DNA from: Mesotaenium endlicherianum
Taxonomy: Eukaryota
Length of the DNA stretch: 57,597 nucleotides
NCBI GenBank assembly: GCA_009602735.1
Contig: WELA01002665.1
Coordinates: 1 to 57,597, forward strand
Direction: 5' to 3'
Translations under genes and position numbers: made by a program
Shown: positions 25,191 through 37,426 of the stretch, in pieces
How positions within the stretch are numbered: the first letter of the stretch is position 1
How the letters are laid out: every line of letters begins with the position of its first letter
The notes under the pieces: model-generated
What the model saw: only the letters and a program-made list of their open reading frames with translations
What the model was told of the DNA's origin: nothing
Databases searched by the model: none

Positions 25191-26065
25191 GAGACCAGAG
25201 TTATATTAATATGACGGATTAATGTACCTGACAAAGGCAACTTGTAATGAGCATTGCTATAGCTAGATAATACAGTAGATGGTAGGCATAGTTATACACA
25301 ATTTCTTTTGTCATATTTCATTTCTGCAAGTAGGAGTACAGGATCTGTATAAGAGCATTATTATTTGGTGGTACATAATAAAATGCAATGTTTTCAGTGC
25401 ATACTTGTCCGTAGCCATTACAGTGTGTGGGCCAATGTACTTTGGGTTTAACTCAGTAATGAATAGCAATAGTTTGTTTATGAAGCACTCATAAGTGACA
25501 AATGAATGATAGGGGAGACTAATTGTGATGGTAGAGTCATGGTTGAGTCGGTGGAAAAGGCTTCGTATGCTATATATGTGAATATGATTCATGAGCACGG
25601 TGTGTGAAATGAAATACTGAAATGGACCCTAAGAAGTTCTATTGAATAAGGTGGAAGGGAATGCAAGTTCTTAGGGCAGCTATATAAGCAGGTGTCAATG
25701 ACAACGAAAATGAAGGACGTTCATACAGGGCAGGACTGGAAAGGGCCGTCGGACACAATGACAGAGAAAACACTGTTCGGCGACAGTGACGCCGAACTTT
25801 GTCAGGTATTTTAGACTTGAACGGCGTCAGACATCTTGTGCTGCGACAACGCTTATTTGAAATGAAAAATGAAGTACATGCGGAATGGACACTTGTGGAC
25901 GCGGCGTCATTTCAAGATCTGTCCCACGCGCAGGCCTCTGATGATTTTGTCTGAGACTGCGTCTAACGCGGGTCGCCGGCCTGAAGCCGGCCTGAAAATC
26001 ATTTTCATATCGACAAGTCGCGGACTTTCAGAGCACTTTCAGACGAAGGGAAAATCTAGAGTGTA

Positions 26066-27950
26066 GTGGTTGAGGCTCCGTGTTGGGGGGCACCGCAGGG
26101 GATGGAGACGATCTGGGCAGAGAGGCTGGAGGGTGAGTTGGCTAGGCAGCCGGTGTTGCTGGCTCAGCCTTGGGGGCGCCTGGCACAAGTCACTCCAGCT
26201 TGGGTGTGGCCGACAAGTGGCCCTCCAGCAAGCGAGGGAGGTAACCTGCCAAGTGGACATTTTGTGGCACGTGGCACTCGACAGGAAGTGCGAACGGCTC
26301 CCCCGCTGACGCGTGGGCGGCAGGTGGCAGCTCTTCAGCTGGGGTGTGGGTGACAGGTGGCACTCCAGCAAGAAAGGAAGGTGGCCCGCCAACTGGACTT
26401 TTAGTGGCAGGTGGCGCTCCGAGAGGAAGTGTGGGCGGCTCCACAATTGACGTGTGGGTGACAGGTGGCAGTCCGACAGGAAGTGCGGGCAGCTCTCCAG
26501 CTGGGATGCGGGTGACAGGTTGCGTTGCTGCATGGGAGACAGGTGGCACTCCCGCAGGGAAGGCAGGTGGTGCTGCAGCGGGGGTAGTTGCACCACGTGG
26601 CACTCCGGAGGGTCTGTATGTGACAGGTGACGGAACCCCAAGCGTAGCAGGGTTGTCGGAAGCAGGTGCCGACGATCCAAGAAGACTTGGGCTGCCAGGC
26701 CCTCCCGGGGTGGCCTGGGTGGGCGACTCTCCAACCGGCAGCACGGGGGGGTTGCTTTACGGCGTAGCGGGCGGCAGAGGGGCGGCTCTGGTTGGTGGGC
26801 TGCTGCTGCTGCCGCTGCTCCTGCCGCTGCTGCTCCTCCGCAATAGGGAGAAGGGGAGGAGGGAATTGCGCTGCTATCTGTCCCTCATCTGCTGGAGGCG
26901 GTGTTGATACGGCCTCCGGCAAGTCCCCTGGAGGAGGAGGAGCTGCGAGGAGCATGAGGGAGAAAAAAAGGGGAATGAGAAAAGAGATGACAAAGGAAGA
27001 GAAATGGACTAGCTTTCTCCCAGTCATGGCTGCCGGCTGCTTCTTGCCATCCTGAGCACGCAAGACATTCAAAGTGCAAACACTTGCAAAGACGCACTAT
27101 CGGGATTTGAGCGGGGTGGATCGCAGACCAGATGATGAGGGCCCCGCATGTACATTTTCTATCACGTTCACGCCTACCAGCAGCACAGCATCACTGGGAG
27201 AGCCGTAGGATAAAATAGCCAATCTGTTCAGGCCCCAGGGTACGGACAAAATTGGTGCCAAACTTCTCTTTTGCGAGAGCTTTAAGATAATCGGGGCAAA
27301 CAATGCACCTGAAGGAGGAGTGGGCGGCGCTTGCAGAACGACAGCGGCGGGACAATGAGCCCGTCCACGCCCCGCATGGAGATCCGGCCGTCCAAGTCCA
27401 CGTCAGGGTTTACGGCCCTCACAAGCCCTGGCAAGGCCTGCAGCAGGCGCCTCCTTGAAGGGGACACGGTGAAGAAGGCCGTGGCGGCGTCGAGGTTGAA
27501 GAAGAGCCCGCCGTCGACGACAGATGTCAGGACAAAGTTCCCCAATACCGTCTCCAGCTTGCTAATGGCGCCCATCAGGTCCGCAAACGTGTAGTACTTT
27601 GGGATGGCAAGCTGCTGACGTGGATGCTCCGCCAGGCGACGAGTTGGGTGAGGCACTTGGGGGCCCTGCTGATCTCAAAGGTAGGAGGGACAGCAGTGGT
27701 GGAGGAGGCAAAAGAACGCCGCAGTTCCCCCATGGCGCGAGCACTGGCGATAGGGAAACGTGCGGGAGGGTGAGGAGTCGGGGGAAGGTGGCAGCACGTG
27801 CGATAAAAGTGATGCAGGTGTGAAGAACGGTGTGAAGAACCTGCAGGCGGAGGCCCCTACCCAAGCAATGGATGGTGATGTAGGTGGCGGAGGCAGTACA
27901 GAGCCTGGGGTTTCAGCAGCTGGCGCAGAAGAGAGGAAGAGGAAAGACAA
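26066..27950 (-). pseudogene. 5' part of the unknown Pro-rich gene, with ~20-aa GVPPVTH-type repeats
   Basis: Overlapping ORFs 27282-27656, 26401-27072 and 26190-26744; repeated GTGACAGGTGGCA motif; continues in frame at 14466. Confidence 0.5.
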
Positions 27951-28728
27951 GACAAGGCACGAGCGTGGTAAGGAGGAGAGCGAGCTGGTATGGCGAGGAG
28001 GAGCACAGTGGCAGTCTTGCTACGGAGGGCGAGGAGCGCAAGGACAACATGGGGGATGTGGAAGAGGGGGAGGCAAAGGAGCAGGACCAAAGAGAGATGC
28101 CAAAGGAGAGCGAGGGGGAGGCGGGAGTCGGTAACTTGTCTTGCTAATTGGCCTTTGATGAGCCTTGGTACTATGTACAAGCATGACTGCTGGCCAAGAC
28201 TGTACTTGATTGTGCTGAGGCGCTGACTGCCAGCAGATTATGAATGGAATGTGTTATTTGTGGTTATGGATTCGTAAGGTAGAATTGGCTATAGTCCACA
28301 TGGATGCGAAAATATCTGGATTATAAGTTGTGGTTAAGATGATCCTACATGTATACACTGCAAAATATTTTGCCATCTTCTGCAATTCTCAGCTTGAGTC
28401 GGCTTGGCACATGAAGGATGATCGAAGACTAAAGACTTTAGCACGATGCATCTTGGCATCGCTAACTTGTGCATGCAGAGGGGCCCATCTTGATTGCCTC
28501 CCACAAAAAGCCCGTTTCTTTTGACGTTATATGCATGCATAGTGGGTTCTGGAAGCACTTAGTCCAGATGTGATGAGTTTGCAGATATCTTAAGTTGACA
28601 GTAGTCTGGGTCACGCAACGTGTAGATTCAGCATGCGTGCACGTATGTCTCCATGGATAAAAGACAAGGCTGCTATACACGCATGCCAGAAACTAGCAGT
28701 ACAAGAAGAAGATTTGTCTATACATTCA

Positions 28729-28930
28729 ACTCTGGGCTACATGCAAGTCGCAAACGTGCTCAACGGGGCACTCGTGCAGCTTTTCTGTCCTCCGGCCCCA
28801 CCTAATCACCGCCAGCTGCGCAGCGTACGAGAGGACTTATATGGCACTCCGAATGCGCGCGCATCACACTATGCGTGACCTTGTTTGGTGTGCCCCTCTC
28901 CCACAGCTATGCGTCAGCTGTACCTACTCT
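28729..28930 (+). repeat. Diverged direct repeat, copy 2
   Basis: Colinear with 13250-13472; cut off by the LTR starting at 28934. Confidence 0.85.
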
Positions 28931-31221
28931 GAATGTAAGGTTATGAAAGTGTAGTTTGTTTCTTTCTAGTATTTTATATGCATAGAGTGTGATCTTAGAA
29001 GAACTTTGGCCTTTATTTCAAGTCATTTGGACAAGTATTGAGGTAGTTATGAATTTGGGAAGTTTTTAGTGAGTTTTTAATGTTACAGATTCTATTTAGT
29101 GACAAGGACAAGTCCAGTGACGAAAATTTTGGTTGGAGTCCAGGAAGTAGGACATTGAAACATGAGGGTTCTAGAAAGTACGTACAATTATGTAGAGTGC
29201 CAAAGTGATCGTGGAATTTCTAGAAACTCCGTGAGGAGTTAGTGGATTGTGTAGTAGAATATTCTAGAGTGTGATTGTGTGCGTGTGAGTGTGCTAGCTG
29301 TGCGCTAGGGCTTTGTGCGCAGCCAGGGTTTATGCCTTGGTGGTGCGCAGCCGTGAGCGCGTCGTCGGAGTTCCAGCCGGCAATCGGGCCGCACAGCGCA
29401 ATCGAGGATGCCCCCCCTTGCGTGGGAATGCTAGGCACGACCGTTGGCCGTGCCGGGACGTGTGCGCATGACACGGGTTGACGTGAGCACGTAGCTGCTC
29501 GGTGTACTAGGCAAGGTCACCTACATGGAAGGAGCCATAGGAGAAGGTTCTGGAGGTACTTTGCTAGAGAGGACACTTAGAGTTAAAGGATAAATGGGAA
29601 GCACAAGGAAGTAGAGGGGGCTTATTCTAGTCTAACCTTCTTATCTTGCACGACTTTTCTTAATAAAGTGAGTTCTTTTCCACTCCTCTCTCATGTAGCC
29701 CTCTAACTCTTACAAGGGTGGCATACCACCAGGCCACTCCTCCTTGTGTATGCAACTAGGAAAGGTCCTCGTGCACGCTTCCACTCGCGGGTGAGGGTGC
29801 GTGAGTGTGTGTGGGCGCACTCCCCGCACCCTTCCCCCTTTCACATGGTATCGGAGCTACTTAGTTGCTTCATTTGGAGGACTTTGGTTGGTGATGCTTG
29901 TAGGAGTGTAGAGAGGGTAGAGAGGAGAAACAAGGATGATTTATAAGTTGCTAAGGGCAGCCATGAAGACATTGATGCAAGCTAGCATCTCACTCTCTTG
30001 AAGGAGGGAGGAGATGGGAAGAGGGAGGTGCTCCAAGAAGTGTTAACTTGGATGCAACCAGATTTTCGTACGTCTTCTTTATAGTATAAGAAGGTTGCCC
30101 AAGCATGGTAGTGATATAATTAATATAGAGCAACCTTTGCTTGAGTATGGAGGCATATGAGCATGAAGAAAATCTGGAGTCTACACGGCTGAATTTTCCC
30201 TTGAAGATGCAAGCTCTTTGGTGTTAAGCACTTTCTTTGAGGGGGGCTTAGCATAGAGGTGATAGTGGCTAAAAAGGAGTGTGTGCCCATCTTTATTTCA
30301 GATCTTCAATGAAGGTGGAGCAGATTTTAAGGGTAGGCAACCAGGGACTTAGCAAGCATGTGTACTTGCAAGTCTAGAAGCTTTGGCGGGCATGGCACTC
30401 GCAAGCCAAGAGGAGCTCATGAGAAGCTCAAGAGAGGGTGCACCGGGGTGTTGCACCAAGTTGGCCAAGTATGTGGCCAGATTTGGGTTGCCTTGCATCA
30501 CTCCTATATAGCCACTGGATATGTTGACCAGCCATGGAGCTTGGTCATTCTTATGGAGATTGATGAAACCTCAAGTGAAGAAAAGCGCCGTGGAGAAGGC
30601 TTGGAGCAAGAAGAAGTGACACAGATTTTTCTTCAAGCAAGATAAGTGGAGATGGAGCCTTTCAAGTTCAGATTTTTCTTTTTCTTATGGAGGAGACTAC
30701 TATGGAGTACTTCATGGTGAGAGCTATGATGAAGATAAGCCTATGGTGCGGAAGAAGAAGCAAGGTATGAAGTTGGTGCAAGAGGGCTAGTGCAAGAGAT
30801 GTCTCCCACTAGAAGTGCGTGTGCGAATAGTGTTGTGTTGGGCATAGTTAAGGGGCAGATTTTGGTGCATCTATGGAAGCTCTTCATGTGAAAGTAGAGC
30901 ACCAAGGCAAGCTGGGTTTAGTAGTAAGAAGTGTCATTGGGGTGACCAAGGCTAGAGTGCACTCAAGAAGCTAAGCATGTGGAAGGAGTTGCACAAAGAG
31001 AGTAGCCTATCCTCTAGTGCTTTAGTGCACGGGTCAAGTGAAGACCAAGGAGGACTATGGTCAAGTGAGGTTAGTGAAATAGGTGGAGGTAGATATGACC
31101 ACAAGTAGCTATCTTCAGCCCGCTAGCAAAGAAGCGACGCGGGAAGGTGAAGGTGAAGGAGAAGCGCTTGTTTTGGTGACCTTGGCCCGGTCATCACACG
31201 GAGCAAGCGTGCCTCCTAACA

Positions 31222-32163
31222 TGTGACGTTTCTGCTTTTCGAGAGGATCTTTCCTTGGTATTCAAGAAATATTTAATTCAAGTGGGAGGAAAATCTGTAC
31301 ACTTGTGGAAATTGACGAATACTCAAAAGAGCGAAAGTGAAAACTAACGTACAATGTGTGCTTGTGAGAGTTGCACTCACAATGACTCTGCAGGTAGTTA
31401 TACATGCACAACATGAGGCACTGGAGTGCTTCGAGTCACCACCTAGGGCACTGGTTCATGTTTAACGAAAACGGTCGAAGGGACGTGTCCCATTCGGCCG
31501 AATGCTCGAAACGCGCAGTTGGCTGTTTGGAGACTCTTCGACGGTTTCCGAAAAACCGTTTCGCGCCAAACGGGCGTTTTCGCGTTCTTGCAACTTTCCA
31601 AAAAAGTCGCGATTGATCGCGGAGTCGCGTACACATGCGTTCGTCATGAATCGGTAGTTTAAAAAGCTACTTTGGCCAATCGGTTAGGTGTGAACGTTTC
31701 AAACGAAAGTTGCGGGTTCGAATCCGCTCGGATGCAAAGCGACTTTGCATATTTCGTTTCGTTTGACTTTACGACTGTTTGTTCGTATTAATGATACGAC
31801 AGTGTCTTCGTATTACGACTAGTCGTAACCCGAAATCTGTGATTGTCCATTATTCGTAAAAATGACAATCAAAATAACTTAATCAAACAATGATTAATTA
31901 AATTATCATCTCATAATTATTCAAAGTAACTTTATGAATAATTATGTCGTACTTTTGCGAAGTAGTCGAATTACGTTACGACGCTTTTTGCAATAGTATC
32001 TCGGTCGTTTCGCCAATCGACCGGGAATTAATCGGCACACGCGTGTGGCGAATGATTCAATGTGATGCAATCATTTATCAAATAACTTATGATAAATAGT
32101 ATAACGTATTTTAAGTAATTGGGAAAACGTCCCAAATACGCCTAAAAAGCTCAAATCGTTACA
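31222..32163 (-). mobile_element. Solo LTR (942 bp) with TSD TAACA
   Basis: TGTGACG...CGTTACA ends; TAACA at 31217-31221 and 32164-32168; host element is contiguous when it is removed. Strand inferred from a TATAA-like motif. Confidence 0.9.
31666..31736 (+). ncRNA. tRNA-like Pol III A/B-box segment (pseudo-tRNA) inside the solo LTR
   Basis: A box TGGCCAATCGG (31673-31683), B box GGTTCGAATCC (31715-31725), tRNA-like spacing and T-arm; acceptor and anticodon stems pair poorly. Confidence 0.55.
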
Positions 32164-33057
32164 TAACAACCTTGGCGAGCGCGCATCGCCGGTGGAGCAA
32201 GTAGAGGTGTATGATCCCCTTGCTCATGTATAGAGCAGACCCCAATTGCTCAAGTGGAGGAGCTCCTAGAAAGTGAGCTCAAGAGAAGCCCGCTTGCAAG
32301 ACGACGTGTGTGCGTGCACAAGATGAGGTGCAAGCACTAAGAGTATGTGCGTATGCCCAAGTTATGGAGCTCTTGGAGGCGTTCCAGATGTGTTTCTTGG
32401 AGCCTTGTGTGAAGGCTGACCTTCAAGAAGAGCCAGAGGTATGTGGGAGTGAGCATCTAGCCAAGGAGAAGACTATGATGGAGTTTGGTGCACCACGAGC
32501 GAGACTACGCGCTCATGTGTAGTGATTTGAGTCATAATATATTAGTTGGCATATATTTTAATGTTTTCAAATATATTTGGAGTAGTATTGTGTGGAGTCA
32601 AGTGTGAATAGGTACTCTAGTAACTTGGTTCATGTCCTTTGAACCTTCTAAGGCATTTTCGAAGTTAGAGGAAAGACCTAGAAGAACTCCATGTGGCAAA
32701 AGTCAAATGTGCCTTTTTTAGGTCAAAAGGACATGTGTACATTATTCTAGAAAGAGGTGGCAAGTTTTGGGATGTGTTGGGTGCCAACACATCAACATAC
32801 ACCTTCCTAGAAATTACTTATGTAGCAAGTATATAAACAAGAGCTAGAACATAGAAAGACATTCCAGAATCACTCTTGTACTTGCCAAAATCCAGAAATA
32901 TATTAACTTTCAAGAAGCCATCTCTCTTTCAAGAAGCTACCACTTGTGTTCAAAGATCCTTGTCTTGAATAGATAAAGTATTCTGTTTTACTAAGTACTT
33001 TATCTATCTGTTTCACTACAGTGGTATCGGAGCTAGGCACTTTGGTAGCACAAGAAG

Positions 33058-34338
33058 ATGGCCGATCCTCAAGACCAACAGCAAGCTTTCGAAGGAAGCC
33101 CTTCCTCTCCAAGACACCCTCCTCCAGCGCCGATGGGAGAGCCCACTCAAGAAAATCTGCAACAACAAGAAGCACCACAAGGAGGAGCACATCCTCCTCC
33201 AGCGTCGATGGGAGAGCCTACTCAAGGAAATCTGCAACAACAAGAAGCACCACAAGGAGGAGCACCGTCAAATCCCGTGGCAGCCGCTGTAGCAAAGTTA
33301 ACCCCACCACAAGGAGTTCCCGCAAATGAGTGGGCAGCCTTCCTAATGACCGTCCACAACCAAGTAGGCTTGGCCACCTATGAAGCAACCGTGCAAGCGT
33401 CAAGAGAAGCTATGGCTGCCATGGTTGCCCCTATTGCGAGCAATGCTCAAAATCCAGCCCCGGCTCAAGCGCCTCCACAAGAGCCAACGAGAGCAAGGAA
33501 ACTCATCAAGCCCGGCAAACCCGACACTTTCAACCCCGGGAAAGGTGCCAACCTGAATTTATGGCTCTACCAAGTGGAGACGTACCTCGCGTTCCTTGAA
33601 GTACCCGAGGAGGACTACGTTCCCTTTGCCGTTACCTTACTTAGAGGAGCAGCAACATCATGGTGGCGTAACTATCAAGCGGCTATATATCAAGCTATGG
33701 CGCACCCCATGCTCGGCCAAGAGCCCCCACCATCATATGCAAGATGGGCAGATTTTCGTGAGGCCCTCAAGAAGCAATTCATGCCCATCAATGCGGAGAA
33801 GATTGCCCGAGGAAAGCTCCACCATCTCAAGCAAACGACGTCCGTTTAAGAGTATACATCCAGATTTCACGCCCTCACTCTTGAGATCCCCAACACGTCT
33901 CTCGAGGAGAAGATTGACCGCTACATCTTTGGCCTCAAACCCAAGGTGGCAATGGAAGTGGCATTACGCGACTTGACGGACTTCTCAAGGATCATTGAAG
34001 TGGCCCGAAAGGTGGATACCTTGGATTTCAAGCACTCCGTGCCTTCATCTTCACGGGTACCGGCGACGCGGATGTACGCAGCCCCTTCCACATCCGAATC
34101 TGGACCCACACCCATGGAAATCGGAGTTATTAAAAGGGACCCCGCGGCTGCCCGGAAGAGTGGAAGACCCTCCAATGACACTTATGATGCAAGAAACCAG
34201 CAAGGAGTGAAAGCAAGACTCTCCCCGGCTGAAAAAGAAGCTCTCATGACGGCTGGACTATGCTTCTATTGCAAGGAAAAGGGCCATCGTGCACTTTCAT
34301 GCCCCAAAAAGTTGTCAAAAAACGGACAGCGCCGGTAG
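33058..34338 (+). pseudogene. gag: Gag with CCHC knuckle
   Basis: [40 protein letters not shown]; single in-frame TAA at 33847-33849. Confidence 0.92.
33118..33267 (+). repeat. 75-bp x2 tandem repeat in the gag N-terminus
   Basis: PPPAPMGEPTQENLQQQEAPQGGAH repeated. Confidence 0.9.
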
Positions 34339-34352
34339 GCCAGGAGCCTACC
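34317..34352 (+). promoter_or_regulatory. -1 frameshift signal
   Basis: A AAA AAC in the gag frame followed by hairpin GGTAGGC-CAGGA-GCCTACC. Confidence 0.78.
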
Positions 34353-37300
34353 ACCCCAAGACCCACTTCACGAGAAGGCAACACGCCAAGTGAGGTGGAG
34401 ACCCCCGTTGAAGACGACGTTCCAGCCCCAATGAGTTTGAGAGGTTACCTTGGAGGAGAGAAGGTCCACATCTTGGTGGATAGCGGAGCTCAAGGCAACT
34501 TCATTGCTGCAGATTTTGCCACCAAGCACGGTATTACTATGCGAACTCTTGACCACGACGAGGAGATTATGATGCCCGATGGATTCTCCTATACTACCCC
34601 TTCCAAGAAGACGTACCCCTTGGCACTCTCTATCAAGTCCTTCAAGGATAGAGTAGTGTTCTCCCCCATGCAATTGGGCAAGTACGACGTCATCCTAGGG
34701 ACGCCTTGGTTGACCAAGCACAACCCCCAAGTTGATTGGAGGACCGGTACTATCAAGATCAAGAATGACATCACTTCAAGAATCTGTATTTTGCGCGCAA
34801 TCCAGAATATCCAGACCCAAGACATCGAGAAGCCGGCACACGAGATACTATTGCCCGTCCTCCAACTCAAGAGACTTGTGAGGAAGGGACATGAGCTTCT
34901 TTTGGCCTTGATCACGCCAAAAGACATCAAGAAAGACATCGAGAGTCAAGAAGGCAGCCCCGTTCCCAAGGAGATACAAGAAGTCTTAGAGGACTACAAA
35001 AAAGTGTTCTCCCCGGAATTGCCCAAGGGCTTACCCCCCAAAAGATTCGTAGACCACAAGATAGAGTTGGAGCCCGGAAGCAAGCCCATCTCTCGGCCTA
35101 CGTTCAAAATGTCATACACGGAGCTAGACGAAGTCAAGAAGCAAATCAAGGAGCTACTGGAGCATGGCTTCATTCGACCTAGCAAGTCGCCATTTGGAGC
35201 CCCGGTGCTATTTGTCAAGAAGAAAGATGGTACCTTGAGGATGTGTGTGGACTATCGCGCCCTCAACAAGATCACCATCAAGAATCGATACCCGCTGCCG
35301 CGCATGGATGAGCTCATGGACCGGCTGGTTGGAGCCAAGTACTTCACGAAGATTGACTTACGGAGCGGCTACCACCAGATTCGCATCGCAGAACCGGACA
35401 TAGAGAAGACGGCATTCAGGACAAGATATGGACATTTTGAGTTCATGGTCTTGCCATTTGGACTCACCAACGCGCCAGCAACTTTCATGACTATGATGAA
35501 CACCATAATTCAGCCCATGTTGGACAGATTTGTGGTGGTATTCATCGATGACATCCTTATCTACAGCAAGACCCTTCAAGAGCATGCGAGACACTTGAAA
35601 GAAGTCCTCGAAATATTGAAGCAAAACAAGCTATTTGCAAAGGAGTCAAAGTGCGAGTTTGCCAAACAAGAAGTGGAGTTCCTAGGTCTCCACGTGACTG
35701 CTGATGGCATCAAGATGGACCCCAAGAAGACCACGGTGGTGGAGGAATGGCCAACCCCCACGACCAAGAAAGAACTCCAGTCATTCTTGGGATTTGCCAA
35801 TTGGTACAGAAAATTCATCCAAGGCTTCTCGCACATAGCAGCCCCCCTGACAGATCTACTCAAGAAGGACAGGCTATATACATGGACCGAGAAAGAGGAA
35901 GAGGCATTTCAAGAGTTAAAGCGAAGATTGACCACATCCCCGGTGCTCACACTCCCAAGTCCAAACCCAGATTGGCCCTTCCACGTCATCACCGATGCAT
36001 CTTCCTATGCAATAGGAGCAATCTTGCTTCAAGACCAAGGCAAGGGAATGCAGCCCATTGCCTACGAGTCAAGAAAGNAGCTAAATCCGGCCGAGCAAAA
36101 TTATACAACCACGGAGCGAGAGGCATTGGCGATTGTACATGCCTTGAAGGTTTGGCGCTGCTACGTTGAAGGACGCAAAGTACTGGTCACCACGGACCAC
36201 GAGGCGTTAAAGCACCTCCAGACGCAGCCGTATCTCTCAAGGAGACAAGCAAGATGGAGCGGATACTTGCAACAATACAACATCACGATTCAGTACCAGC
36301 CCGGCAAAACAAACCCTGCTGACCCCCTCTCAAGACTGCAATTAAATGCAATGATGGTATTCCTGAAGACAGATCTGGAAGCTCGATTTTCAGCCGCCTA
36401 TGAAAGAGACCCTTACTACAAGAACGGAGAAGCAGCCTTAGACCCATACAAGAAGCAAGAAGGCAATTATTGGGTGAGGCAAGATACGGGCTAGAGATGT
36501 GTTCCTAATGACATAGACCTCCGGCTCTTGCTTCTACGAGAAGCACACGACAACCCTCTTAGAGGACACTTTGGAATCCTAAGGACCACGGGCGTTCTAG
36601 GTAGGACTTATTGTTGGCCAGGCATGTCTAAGCACGTCAAGGAGTACTGCAGGAGCTGTGACACATGCCAAAGAATCAAGCCATCATCGCAAAAGGCAAG
36701 AGGACTCCTCCAACCACTACCAATCCCCGAAAGACAATGGACGGACATCTCAATGGACCTTATCGTGGACTTGCCCGTGACACCTCGAGGCGATAATGCA
36801 ATACTCACGGTGGTGGACAGACTTACCAAGATGGCTCATTTTATTCCCACGACGACTAAGGCTACAGCACCACAACTTGCAAGACTCATCTTTGACAACA
36901 TCTTCCGACTCCATGGACTACCATCAAGAATTGTGTCAGATAGAGACCCAAGATTCACAAGCAATTTCTGGAAAAATCTCTTTAAGAACTTGGGTACATC
37001 GCTGGATATGTCCACTGCCTACCACCCGCAATCAGATGGGCAAACCGAGCGTATGAATCGTACCCTAAAGACCTCTCTAAAGGCCTACGTGTCTACCCTC
37101 GAGCAAGACTGGGACATGTACTTGACCCCCCTCGAGTTTGCCTACAACAACACTACGCAGGCCTCTACCCAAGAGTCCCCATTCTTCCTCAACTATGGCT
37201 TCCATTCAACCACGCCGCTGAGCTTCACGGCTGGCCATGATGAAGTACCTGCAGCCACAGATTTTATGGAGACATTAGAAGCAGCCCTTACAGCAGCGAA

Positions 37301-37426
37301 GAAAGCTCTACAACACGCGCAAGATGCTCAAGCAAGAGTAACGAACAGATCCAGAAGAGAAATTACGTACAGAGTGGGTGACAACGTGTTACTATCATCC
37401 AAGAATATTTCTCTGAACAACAAGCC
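34317..37426 (+). pseudogene. pol: Pol (PR, RT, RNase H, integrase)
   Basis: LVDSGA, FIDD, TDAS, HHCC, ISMDL, HPQSDGQTER; one in-frame TAG at 36492-36494; truncated before any chromodomain. Confidence 0.95.

Larger units (their letters stand above)
14467..26063 (+). mobile_element. CACT-terminated CMC (CACTA/EnSpm-related) DNA transposon, non-autonomous, with cargo
   Basis: Perfect 14-bp TIRs CACTCTAGATTTTC (14467-14480) and GAAAATCTAGAGTG (26050-26063); TA on both sides; transposase remnant inside; empty site restores a reading frame. Confidence 0.88.
28934..32517 (+). mobile_element. Decayed gypsy derivative: 5' LTR 28934-~29845, PBS 29846-29857, eroded internal region; related to the 39762-45915 family
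   Basis: LTR begins TGTAAGGTTAT and ends CCCCTTTCA(CA) before TGGTATCGGAGC; 31170-31221 plus 32169-32270 align to ~42126-42270. No 3' LTR seen. Confidence 0.8.
32518..37426 (+). mobile_element. Ty3/gypsy element, 3'-truncated: LTR 32518-33020, PBS 33022-33033
   Basis: TGTAGTGA...TCACTACA LTR, TGGTATCGGAGC, gag-pol; homology stops after YRVGDNVLLSSKNISL. Confidence 0.93.

Noticed and set aside
26270..26640. CRISPR-like array
   Set aside because: Degenerate coding tandem repeat in a eukaryotic context, with no constant repeat and unique spacers.
31697..31703. tRNA-Sec or opal suppressor (TCA at the anticodon position)
   Set aside because: Anticodon and acceptor stems barely pair and there is no long variable arm; not a functional tRNA.
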